From the NCBI GenBank assembly GCA_002104945.1, contig MCFH01000009.1, positions 1,116,001-1,180,000 of the forward strand: a DNA stretch of 64,000 nt. The letters are read 5' to 3'. Made by a program: the position numbers and the translations under genes. This DNA comes from Piromyces finnis finn. Lineage: Eukaryota; Fungi; Neocallimastigomycota. Shown one piece after another: positions 13,962 to 26,400 of this stretch. Below the pieces are notes generated by a model that saw only the letters and a program-made list of their open reading frames with translations, made no database searches and was not told the origin of the DNA. Position 1 is the first letter of the stretch; each line of letters starts with the position of its first letter.

Positions 13962-16320
13962 TATTTATTTATTAAATTAAAATTACCTTTTTTAGAATTT
14001 AATATTAAAGTATTATTATAAAAACTTATTATAATATACTGGTCATCTTTGCACCTAACTGTCCATAAATTAATTATTCTTTTACATAAAAAAAAATTAA
14101 TATAATAAAAAAAATGCTAAAAAAAAATATTATATTCACCTTTGTAGATTTGACTTACCCTTCAATTAATAATTGTGATGATAGTAATGAAGCTTTAATA
14201 CCACTTTCTATTGACTTTATAAACCCATTTGGTTGATAACCACAAGCAACAAATAATTTATTATTATTTAAATTAATATTTAAAGATTCATAATCTAAAA
14301 AAACACAATCAGTTAGTAATGATAAATCTACTACTTTATCATGTACATTTAATTCATTTGTTCTTTTATTAACCTAAAATCATTAATAAAAAGGTATTAA
14401 TAAATACGTATAATATATTTTATATATGATTATAATAATTTAAAAATAATATTAACTGAAAAAATATATCCATCACTCATTTCTCCTGATGAAAAAAAAT
14501 AATCTGAACCTTCATAATAATCTATATAAATAGAATTTGAAATTGTAACAGGATTTATTATGTTTTTTATTTTTAATTCATTATTTGAATAAACTGTAAG
14601 TTTAAAGGCATCGCCATAGTTTGTTCCAAGTAGTAAGTTTTGATATTCTGGAAGATTCATATCTTTTGTTATATATCCAGGGAAATCATCATATGTAGTT
14701 ACCGTTGAAATAACAACATCTGTAGTTGAAAAATATGCATATATTAATTTGCAATTTCAAATCTTATATTTAATATATTATTTTTACCATTATTCCTTAT
14801 ATACTGCATTAAATTTATTTTTGAACAATAAATATTTTGTTCTACTAATACATTAAGCTTAAAGAAGTATACATCCTGTTCCTATATTTTTAAATTTTTT
14901 TATATGATAAGCACTATATAGTTTTAAATATAATAATTTGGTATTATATATAATTTTTCAATTCTTCAAATAAAATTACTGTTAAAATTATGAAGCATTC
15001 TGGAAATTGAGGAAGTGCAATAATTTGAATTGGCATTGATTGTGTTGCTGATTATATTATTAAATTTTTTTATTTAGATGTTATTAATATATAATAATTA
15101 TAAGATAAAATATACATTGTACTTTATTACAAATATTATTATTTTAAAATTAATAATATTAAAATTACCATCTAAAAATGGAACTGATTTGAAATTACTT
15201 TTACATTTCAAATTATCAGAATTATCAAAAGAATAACTAACAATATATACTTTTTCTTCACTTTTATACAATTATATATGTATATGTATAATGAAATTAA
15301 TTTTTATTACTAATATTTTAGTTAATGAATTAATAAAAATGAAGAAAAATTATATGTATACCTGCAAATTAAAGCAACCAATATAATTTTATTTAAATCA
15401 TCCTGAAATGGGTATAGATATATCAAGTCAATAATTGTTCCATTTTCATTCAAAATGGTTGACTATTCCAAATATAGTAAAATTAAAGTATTAATTTATG
15501 AAATTTTGTTATAATGTTACTTTTATAAAATGATAAAAAATTACATTATCCATTTCAAACTTATTTTCTGATATTGAAGAATTTATATTCCATATATTTA
15601 TACTATTTACGAAAGAAGAAATGCAAAGAGAGCGAGACCTATATATTAAATTGTAAATATTTTTGCTTATTGAACTTAATATAAATAAAAAATAAAATTT
15701 ATATCATACAATGGGTCTGTTCTAATAAAGAATATTGGGTTTCGATAATCAAAACCATAATTTGAAATTTTAAACTAAATATAAATATTATAATAATTAT
15801 AATAATAATAATAATAAATATTTGTATTATAGCTAATAATTTATTTTTACCATTTTTAATATTATATAATATATATAGCATTTATTTAAAATATATGTAT
15901 ATACTATACCTTATTAATTAAGCATAATTTTATTTTTCTAGTTTCAATAATAGGATCTTGAATGTATGAATCATTAATATCATTCATTATTTCATATTCT
16001 AATAATGACATATATCCTGAATCGGATAATATAAAAATAATATCCTTAAATTCTAAATCATTATTTGAATTAATAACTTTCATTTGTATTATACCAGCAT
16101 CATATATTGTACCAAAAACGTTTTTACTATTTCTTAAAATAAATTTTGTATTATTTAAAATTTCATATAATTCAATATAATGATCCTTAATTCCAATAAT
16201 ACATTTATTTTTTATATGCTTATTTTTATATTTTAATAATTTTTTCACATGAGTCGAATTTGAAACAGTTTGATAGTAAACATTACAAGAACTATTGTCA
16301 ATATAATTATCTGTAAGCAT
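10680..16320 (-). CDS. Divergent DDB1/RSE1(SF3B3)/CPSF160-family beta-propeller protein (MMS1_N plus CPSF_A type), many exons
   Basis: Likely ATG at 16320 (MLTDNYID...). N-terminal VFGTIYDAGII...IFILSDSGYMSLLEY matches the family LSDSG motif. C-terminal IINGDMLNQFL matches the (I/V)DGDL..(Q/S)F motif of CPSF_A. Stop TGA at 10680-10682. Internal exons only partly assembled. Confidence 0.7.
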
Positions 16321-17100
16321 TATTTTTTGTGTATTACAAGTGACTAAATTTATTAATAACAAAGCAAAGAGAATACTAAAGTTTTATATTTACTTAAATT
16401 TAAAATAATTTATACAATCTCTTTAAAAAAAATACTTTTATAACAATAAATTAATTTAACACATTTATATAAAAAGCTTTAAATAAATTAGCTTTTTTTT
16501 TTTTTTTTTTTTTTTTGATATGTTATTTACTTATATATTCTATGCTAAATTTACATATAAAACTTGTGATTAATAAATAAATTTAATTAATAATATTATT
16601 TTTAATTAATTAATGTTTTTACTCTAACTTACTAAATCTATAAAATAAAAAAAAAAAAAATTAAATATTCAAATCTATAAAATAAAAAAAAAAAAAAACA
16701 AGAAACTAATTTGAATAAAGGTTTAAAGATTCTTATTGATTTAAAAAAATAGAAATAAAAAAAACTTGACTTTAAAAAATATATATATGATACTATATTT
16801 TCAGAATAATGTTTATTAATCAAGAAAACAAGAAAACAAGAAATCAAAAATAATTAGATTAATGTTAAATTTTTGTTTTAATTACTTTTTTTTTATTTAT
16901 TCTTATTTTTACTATGAAAAACATATTGTGATTTTTCGAAATTTGTTTTTAAATTTTAAGAGTATTATATATTAATTATTATATATTAATTTTAAAGTAC
17001 AATTTTTTTTATAATGAATATGGACATTATTTATTTATAAGCATAAACTAGGTAATAATGATGACAATACATTATAATACATTATATTGGATATATTTAA

Positions 17101-17226
17101 AAATAATTATGTTAAGGATAATTTATAATTATTAATTACTTGAAAATATTTAAAATCATATTTAAATCAACTTCTAAATAATTATGTTAAGGATAATTTA
17201 TAATTATTAATTATTTGAAAAATATT
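17101..17226. repeat. About 50-bp direct repeat with 75-bp period upstream of CotH copy 1
   Basis: aaataattatgttaaggataatttataattattaatta(c/t)ttgaaaa at 17101 and again at 17176. Confidence 0.85.
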
Positions 17227-17759
17227 AAGAAAATAAGAATAATATTCTTTGTAAAACATAATTTAAATATACGCCACAACTATAATTTCTTGTGTGAAAC
17301 TTTGTACAAAATAAATTTTTGAAATTGATTTTATATTTTTTATAATTTTCATTAAATATACATGAAATTATTTATATTTACTCATTATTGATTAGATATA
17401 TTTTAATTTTAATTAGAGCTAATAATCAAGAAACTTAAATTTAAAAATTCTTTGAACCAAAATATATCAAATACAATTATAACTTAATTTATATTTATAT
17501 TGAATTTTATAATAATTTATATTGAAATTAATATGAAATTTATTTTAATCAAACAATTAGATATATTTTAATTTATTTTAATTGATTTTAAAATCTCAAA
17601 AATTTTTAGTAGATTTTAAAAGTATCAAAGAATAAATTGCATATATAAAGAAAATTATTACCTCTTCTTTTTTTTTAATATACATATTTTTTTAGTAAAA
17701 AAAAATAAATTTAAAATACCATTATATTTAATATTGTTTTAAGTAATAATATAAATTAA

Positions 17760-19598
17760 ATGTTTAAAATTATATTTATATTTGCACTTTTAATATCTTT
17801 TGCATTTGCTGATGTAAAGGATTACCTCAAATCAACAAATAGAACTTTTAATGAAATAGAAGGAAAAGTTCCAAAGCTTTCTATTGAAATAGACCCAAAA
17901 GAATATGAAAAGTTATTAAGTATTGCACAAATTAATCAATATGAAGATATTATCTATGGCTGTAACGGAAGTGCAGCATGTCTTGAAGAATTTGAAACTA
18001 AAGCCACTTTAACTTATGAACTCCATGGGTAATTAAAAAATATATATAATATAATATAATTAAAAATTATAATATTTATTATATAATCAAATAATTAATA
18101 ATTTATACATAATCTATAAAATAAAATAATAAAGGTGAAAAGAAAGTTTTTAAGAAAGTTACTTTTAAGGCTGGTGGTAACTTTAGTAGAGCTCATGATA
18201 GAGTTGTTTTTTAACTTAAAATTAAAGGGTGATGATTTATTACTTGGCCGTAAACATATTCGTGTTAGATCAGATGCTGAAGATAATACACATATGAAAT
18301 CTAAAATTGCTTACGATTTATTAAACAAATGGAATATACCATCTATTCAAGAAACTTATTGTGAATTATATATCAATGAAGAATATTTTGGATTATATTT
18401 CCTTTTAGATACTATTAAATCTAACTGGATTATAAAAACATATAATCTTCCAACTGATGAAGAAGTTGAAACTTTATTTTACTGTAAAAATACTCACACT
18501 AGATTTATCAATGGAGATGAATGTTATAATGATAATGATAAAACTGCTAACTACACTAAACCATTTGAAAATTTTATAGAAAAAATTAAAGCTTCAGAAT
18601 CTATTGATGATATTAAAAAATTCATGAATATTGATTTACTAATGAAGAATCTTGCTATTGAATTTTTATTTGGATCTCATGATCATTTTATTCTTACTGG
18701 TCATAATTTCTATATGTATCAAAGAAAAGATGGTATTTGGGATATGATTTTAGTTGACTTTGATTCTGATTTAGGTAGTTCCTTATATGCATACTTCTTA
18801 TATGCATTAAAAATAAATATCGATGAATATGGTTACAGATTAAAATTAGAAGATATGTTACGCTCAGAAAATAGACTCATAGACATTGTTTACACAAAAG
18901 ATAAAACTGCATTCAAGAAAGCTCTTCGTGAAATTATGATTACTGGTTTTAATCCAGATGCTCTTTTCAAGCGTATTGAAGAACTTAAGGAATTTATTGC
19001 TCCATACGTCAAAAAAACTACTACTCCAAGACCTGATGGTCGTTTACCAGGTGTTATTAATTTTAAGGGTTCTAATAATCATCATACGTATGAAGATTTT
19101 GAAGCCGTCTCTAGACTTGAAAATACTAGTCCAGTAGTTCCATCTCTTAAATCTTGGATTAAAAATAGATTTGAATTTGCATGTGAAGAATATGGACTTG
19201 ACAAGGAAGAAATTTTAAGAGAAGCCGCTAAATTCCGTGGTGAAATATTAGATGAACCTGAAAACGAAAAAGAGGATTTATTTCAAAATAATGAAGTAGA
19301 AATTGATAATGAAAGTAGAATTTCTGTTTCAATTGAAGAAATAACTGAAACTGAAAATGATGATTTAGAAAATGAATATTTAGACGACAAAGAAATGGAA
19401 GTTACTGGAGAAATAGATGATTTAGAAAATGAATATTTAGACGACAAAGAAATGGAAGTTACTGGAGAAATAGAAAATGCTGAAGATTTGGATGATGAAG
19501 AATATGATGATTTAGAGAACACTGAAGAAGACGAAGAAGTGGAAATAGAAATTAATGAAGAAATAGAAGATGCTGAAGATTCGGCTGATGAAGAATAA
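17760..19598 (+). CDS. cotH: Secreted CotH-family atypical protein kinase, copy 1, with acidic C-terminal tail; one intron; apparent frameshift near the start of exon 2
   Basis: Signal peptide MFKIIFIFALLISFAFA. Exon 1 is 17760-18028. CotH-type motifs: HMKSKIAYDLLNKWNIPS, ELYINEEYFGLY, LFGSHDHF...GHNFYMY, WDMILVDFDSDLG. D/E-rich tail with no recognisable dockerin. Close paralog of 20705-22369. Confidence 0.85.
19359..19472 (+). repeat. Perfect 57-bp tandem duplication in the CotH copy 1 tail (DDLENEYLDDKEMEVTGEI x2)
   Basis: Identical units at 19359-19415 and 19416-19472. Confidence 0.95.
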
Positions 19599-20550
19599 AA
19601 AGTGATTAATTTTTTAAATAAAAATTATTTAATTATGAAATAAATTTATTAAATAAGGAATTAAAAGAAATATTGAATATTTATAATAACATTTAATAAA
19701 AATTTATGAAGAATTAAAAGAAATTTCAAATATAATTATAATAATATTTAATAAATAAATAAATAAAAATTAAAATAATATATAAGATACAAAATGATGT
19801 GTTTTTATCCTTTTTTGTTTTTAAACTTGCTCTGTTTTTTATGTTAACTAATATATATGTAATCAAACAAGTAATATTATGTGTTTTTAATTATTTTTAT
19901 TTTTTCTTTAGAATTAATTTATTATATAATTTTTATTTTTAAAAATGTTATATTTTTTATGTTAACCAATGTATATGTAACAATTATATGTAATCAAATC
20001 AAATAAATAACATAAATCTAAGTAAATTATTCATAAATTAACCGTTTATTTCTTAAATTGTAATTTCAAAGAGTTATTCATTATGTATTTTTAATTATTT
20101 TATTCTTTATTAAAAATTAATTTATTATACAATAAATTTATATATTAATATAATTTTTCCTATATTTGATATATTTTTTTATTTCCATTTTATAACAACA
20201 ATATTCTTTTTTAAATATTATATTAAATTTTTAGTACAAAAGCTCTCCTTTATTAAAAATTTTGTAATACATTAAAAAGCATTATAATAGATAATTACGG
20301 CAAAAAAAATAATAAATAAATTACAAAGATAAATTAAAATCTATAATAAAAGTTAAAGAACTAATTTTAAATATATCAATTGTTTATTCAAATTAAATTA
20401 ATAAACATAAAATTAAAAATATGTAATGTATTCATATTACATAACTTATAAGCTCCTTAGTTATCATAAAAAAATATTAAATCAACTATTAAAAGTATTT
20501 CTTTTTTTTTTTAATTTATATATATTTTGATCTTTTTAAAAATTAAGGGG

Positions 20551-20586
<36 letters not shown>

Positions 20587-20704
20587 GGAAATTCTTATTT
20601 AAACAGAAGAAATCACCATTAAAAGTTTCAATAATTAAAAAAAAAAAGAAAAAATAATAAAAAAAAGTTAAAATAAAAAATTAAAACTAAAATAAATATT
20701 TAAA

Positions 20705-22369
20705 ATGATAAAAATAACAATTTTATTTACTTTATTTATTTCAATAGTGTTTGCTGATTTAACAGACTATTTAAAATCAACAAAAAGAACCTTCAATGAA
20801 ATAGAAGGTAAAGTTCCAAGGATAACTGTAGAATTAAGTCCATTAGAATATGAAAGCTTAGTTAACATTACTCAGATAGAACAAGTTAAAGATATCATCA
20901 TTGGTTGTAACGGTGATGCATCATGTCTTGAAGATTTTGAAACCAAAGTTAAATTAACCTATGAACTTAATGGGTATTTATTTTTAATAAATATAATATA
21001 GAGAATTTATTATAAATAAAGTAATAGTAATGATTATATTGATTATTCACTAATAAATATATTAAAATTTTTAAATATGTATATATATTTTTAAATGAAA
21101 AGGGAAAAGAAAATATTTAAAAAGGTTACTTTTAAAACTGGTGGTAAATATAGTAGAGCTCATGATAAAGTTGGTTTTAATTTGAAATTAAATGGTGATG
21201 ATCTCTTATTTGATCGTAAGCAAATTCGTCTTAGAGCAGATCCTAATGATTATACACATATGAGATCAAAAATTGCATATGATTTATTAAACATCTGGAA
21301 TATACCATCTGAACAAGAAAACTATTGTGAATTATATATTAATGATGAATATTTTGGTTTATATTTTATAAAAGATACTGTTAAAAGTAACTGGATTAAG
21401 AAAACTTATAATCTTCCAGCTGATAAAGAAATTGAAACACTTTATTACTGTAATAGTAAAGCTAAATTAAATATAGGTGATCAATGCCTAAATCAAAATG
21501 ATAAAACTTCAAATTACACTGAACCATTTGAAGAATTACTTGAAAGAATTCAAGTTTCAGAATCAATTGAAGACATTGAAAAATTTATGAATGTTGATTT
21601 ATTAATGAAAAACTTCGCTATCGAATTTTTATTCGGATCTCATGATCATTTCATTATTTCTGGTCATAATTACTTTATGTATCAAAGAGAAGATAGTATT
21701 TGGGATATGATTTTAGTTGATTTTGACTCAGAATTTGGTAGTGGTATAGGCACTTACTTTAAATATGTTTTACATAAAGATGTTGAAAATTATGGTTACA
21801 AATTATCAATGGAAGATATGAGACATATGAAAAATATAGAAAATAGAATTTTTGATATTACTTATTCCAAAGATAAAACTGCATTCAAGAAAGCTCTTCG
21901 TGAAATTATGATTACTGGTTTTAATCCAGATGCTCTTTTCAAGCGTATTGAAGAACTTAAGGCATTTATTGCTCCATACGTCAAAAAAGCAACTACTCCA
22001 AGACCTGATGGTCGTTTACCAGGTGTTATTAACTTAGCAGGTGATGATACCACTCATACTTACGAAGATTTTGATGTTGTTTCCGTCATTGAAAACAATG
22101 ACGAAACGGTCCCATCTCTTAAGTCTTGGATTCAAAATAGATTTGAATTTGCTTGTGAAGAATACGGATTCGATAAGAAAGAAATTTTAAAAGAAGCCGC
22201 TAAATTCCGTGGTGAAAAATTAGATGAAAGTGAACAAGAAACTTCTTCATCTGAAGAAGAGGTTGAAGTATCATCTAGTGAAGAAACTGATGATTCATCA
22301 AATGAAGAAACTGATAATGAAATAAAAAAATGTAATAAGAATAAAAAGAACTGTAATAAAAAAATGTAA
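20705..22369 (+). CDS. cotH: Secreted CotH-family atypical protein kinase, copy 2, intact; one intron (20974-21102)
   Basis: Signal peptide MIKITILFTLFISIVFA. Phase-2 GT-AG intron gives ...TYELNG EKKIFKKVTFKTGGKYSRAHDKVGFNLKL. Same CotH motifs (LFGSHDHFIISGHNYFMY, WDMILVDFDSEFG). S/E-rich tail ending KKCNKNKKNCNKKM. Confidence 0.9.
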
Positions 22370-22656
22370 TAGAAAAATAAAAAAAAATGAAATAGAAAAA
22401 TGTAATAAAAAATAAAAAAAATGTAATAGAAAAAAAAAAAAATATAATAGAAAAATAAAAAAATGAAATAAAAAAATAAAAAAAAAATCTTAAATGTAAA
22501 AAAAAAATTTTTTTTTTGGGAGGTTTCAATAATAATAATTTTAGAGAATGGAAAAAGCTTAATAAGTATTAAATCAAATAAAACATTTATAAAATATTAC
22601 AGCCAACAATGGCCAATGTTCAAAAAGTTTAGAGAAGGAACTATTATAAGCATCAT

Positions 22657-22696
22657 TGTTAAGGAAAACAGTAAGATGTTAAGGAAAACAGTAAGA
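22657..22696. repeat. Perfect 20-bp tandem duplication
   Basis: tgttaaggaaaacagtaaga x2. Confidence 0.9.
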
Positions 22697-23429
22697 GGAT
22701 AATATGGATGATCATAATTTTTTTCTCCTGGCAAAATTTAATCTTGACTTCAGCCCTTAAAAATAAATTATTTTATTGATATAATATTTGAGTATTTTAA
22801 TAATAAATAATTTTTTAAAATGACTAATATTATTATTATTAAAATATTCAAAGTTCATATATGAATAATTTATACATTATTTTATAGTTATAATATGTTA
22901 TTTATATACTAATTATATAATATGTTTATATATTTTATTATATGTATAAATATAAAAATATTATATATTCGTATTTTATTCATTCATATATTATTATTAG
23001 AGTTACATTTCATTGTAATACTGATTGTATTACATTACTTTTATATATTAAATATATTATAAAATATATTTATAATAAAATAAATATTCACATATATTCA
23101 CAATTGGTGTAATAATTAATAGTGAAAATATAAATAATTCATTGAAAAATTGAAATTGTAATATAGGAGGAATTTTAACAATATATTAAATAATTACATA
23201 AAAGAAACATATATCAATGTGTTTGACACGTGATTATCATTAAAATCAATTTTATATATTTCTCTTTTTTTTTTTTTTTTTATTTTATAAAGTTTTTTCT
23301 ATATTATTATTGGAAAGGTGTAAAAATAATTAAAGAATCTTCATATTTAATTTATATATTAAATTATTTTTTGAAATAATACTTTAACATAAAAAATTAT
23401 TTTGAAGTAAATTTAAGAATGAATAAAAG

Positions 23430-26400
23430 ATGAATTTACCAGATTTAGATTATTTGAGACAAAAAGTACTCAATTCTAAAAAAAGAAAAAAAAGCTCTAA
23501 TGTTCTAAAAGAGAAAGTTGAAGAAAAAGAAGAAGGTGAAATTGAAGAAAGGGAAGAAGGTGAAATAACAGATGATGAATTAGAATATAATAGCAGAGTG
23601 GAAATAAATTCAAGCTTTAATAAATATAATTATGACAATTGCAGAGGTTTTTTAAAAAATAATAATAAATATATAATTCTCAAATAATAATAATAATAAT
23701 AATAATGGAAATATTAATAGAATTTATTTTTATATTATAATATTAAACATTAAATAAATAATTAAAACTTAAAAATTAACTGTTTTAGACAAGTATTATT
23801 ATTTATAAAATTTATATTATATATATTATAAAATATTTATTTTATATATTAATTTATACAATACAATATTTTTTTATAAAGTTTTAATTCAAACTATATA
23901 TTTAATAAAGAAAATATAAATGGATATAATAAATATAATGAGCCATTAAACTATTATTATGAAAACAATAATAATAATAATAATAATCATTCTAGTCCAT
24001 CATTTAATCCATCTACATCTCAGCATATTTTCCCTTTTCCACCGCAACAAACTCATCAAATTAATAATATGTTCCCAACACAAGATATTCAAAAATCATC
24101 ATTACAAATTATGCAGTCTAATTCATTATCTTCTGTACAAAATGTATTAAATGTTCAAAGTCCAAATACGTTTAATCATCCTTCATTAATTCAATCTTCA
24201 AATCAAATGTCTCTACCTCAAATACAACTTCAAATACAACCTCAAATACAACCTCAAATACAGCCTCAAATACAACCTCAAATACAACCTCAAATACAAA
24301 CTCAAATTCAACCTCAAATTCAACCTCAAATACAACCTCAAATACAACCTCGTATACAACCTCGTATACAACCTCGAATACAACCTCAAATGCAACCTCA
24401 AATAGCATTAAATGAATTACCACCAAATCAAGTAACATCCAATTTTATAGCACCACCTCCACAAGTTCCACCACCTCAGATACCACCTCCACCAATGCCA
24501 CTTCCACAAATATTAAATCAACAAATGCAACTTCCACAAATGCAATCTCAACAAGTCCAGTTTTCTCCACAAATTCAACAGAATCAAATGTCCCCAATAC
24601 AACACAATAGCAAAAGTACAAATCAACCTAATTTAGCTAATCAATCAAATTTAATACAACAATCTCAGCAATCCATCCCAATACAACAATTCGATTCCGT
24701 TCAACAAAAGTATCAATTAAATAATGCTGTTTCAATTAATAATGATCAAGATCAAAATAATATATCTAATTCAAATAATCTTCAAAATTTTAGGCAAATT
24801 CAAATATCACAATTTCAGTCTTCTTCAGTAATGAATTCTTCAAATATAATACCAAATGATATGAATTTAATTTCAACAAATATTCATATCAATCCTAAAC
24901 AATTTAAAAATTCACGATTTATAACTGATGATATAAACGAAGATTCATTAAGTAATTTACAGAAAAATAATTTTATTTTTAATAATAATAATAATAATAA
25001 TAATAATGATAATAATAATAATAATAGTCAAATTTTAAATGATGATCAAATTCAAAATAACAATAACGATAATAGTAATAGTAATAATAATGTAAATGAA
25101 AGTAATAAGTATATGAATTATGATAGTAGCTTATGTAATAATGAAAATGACTTGTCACAAGATGATGATAGTAGTTCAGAAGGTAAAATATAATATATTA
25201 TTAATAAACATTGTTTAATAATTCAAATTTTAAATATATTATTTTTAAATTAATATTCATAATAGAAAATATAAAAAATGAAATTTTATTTCTTTTATCT
25301 AGTATGGTTCAACAAGGAATTGATCCAAAAGAATTAAAAAGTCACGACATCCCAGAAATTCTTATTGATAATTATATCAAAATAAAAGATGATTATAATA
25401 AAAATAATATTATAAACCAAAATGACTTAAATGAGAATAATGATGATAATGAAAGTAAAAATGAACTACAAAAAATATTAGATAATAATAAGAGTCATCA
25501 AATTGAAGAGGATGATGACTTATATAATGCTCTTTACAATGAAAGTGATGGTGATTCTGTGATGGATATGGAAATTGAAGATGAAGAAGAAAGAAATTCA
25601 TCCATTGTAGTAGTAAATAAAAATAATGTTTTAATGCAAAAAAAGCAAGTAATATCAAATACTTCAAAATATGATAATGATAACAATTCAACTACAGAAC
25701 AAATGAATTCAGATAAAAATAAGGAAAAAAATAAATTAAACAATAAAGAAAAAATTTTAGATAATAAAGATAATAAAATTTCATCTATAGAGAATTCATA
25801 TCTTAGTTCGCCTCTTACAAATTCATATGATAATAGCAGTGTAAATGTTTCAAAGGAATTAATTTCAGATTTAGAAACTAATTTGTATTCTAATTCTGGA
25901 TATTATAAAAATAACAAATATATAAACTCTAAATTTTCAAGATACCATTATATAAGATCAGAAGCTGTTAAGAATACAACTTCAAAGCCGTTTATACCTG
26001 ATACTGGACCAATTAAATGTATTATTGATATAAGCGATTCTGAAGAAAGTTCAGAAGACGAAAACACCTCACTTAACAAAAAAAATGAGGCTCCTCAATT
26101 TAAACAATTAAGTATAGATAAACAAAAACGATTATTAATTTTAGAAAAGAAAAAACAAGAAATGATGAGAAAAATAGCTACAATGGAAAATTTAAAAGCA
26201 AAGAAAAAAAATATATCTAAAGTATCTAAGAATCAAAAAGTCAAAAATAATAATATTTTAAAAGAAAAAAATGGAAGTAATGAAACAATAACACAAAACA
26301 ACAATAATTCAATGGTATCGGAAATTAATAATAATAGAAAAAAAGATTGCATTTCAAATGTAAAAATACCAACAAATAATAATAATGATGATGATGAAAA

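Noticed and set aside
19283-19522. Minus-strand Ser-rich ORF with an internal repeat
   Set aside because: Antisense of the acidic CotH tail and its 57-bp duplication.
24172-24438. ORFs encoding (FEVV)n and (LYLR)n
   Set aside because: Antisense frames of the 12-bp PQIQ minisatellite. Despite the regular spacing it is not a CRISPR array: there are no unique spacers.
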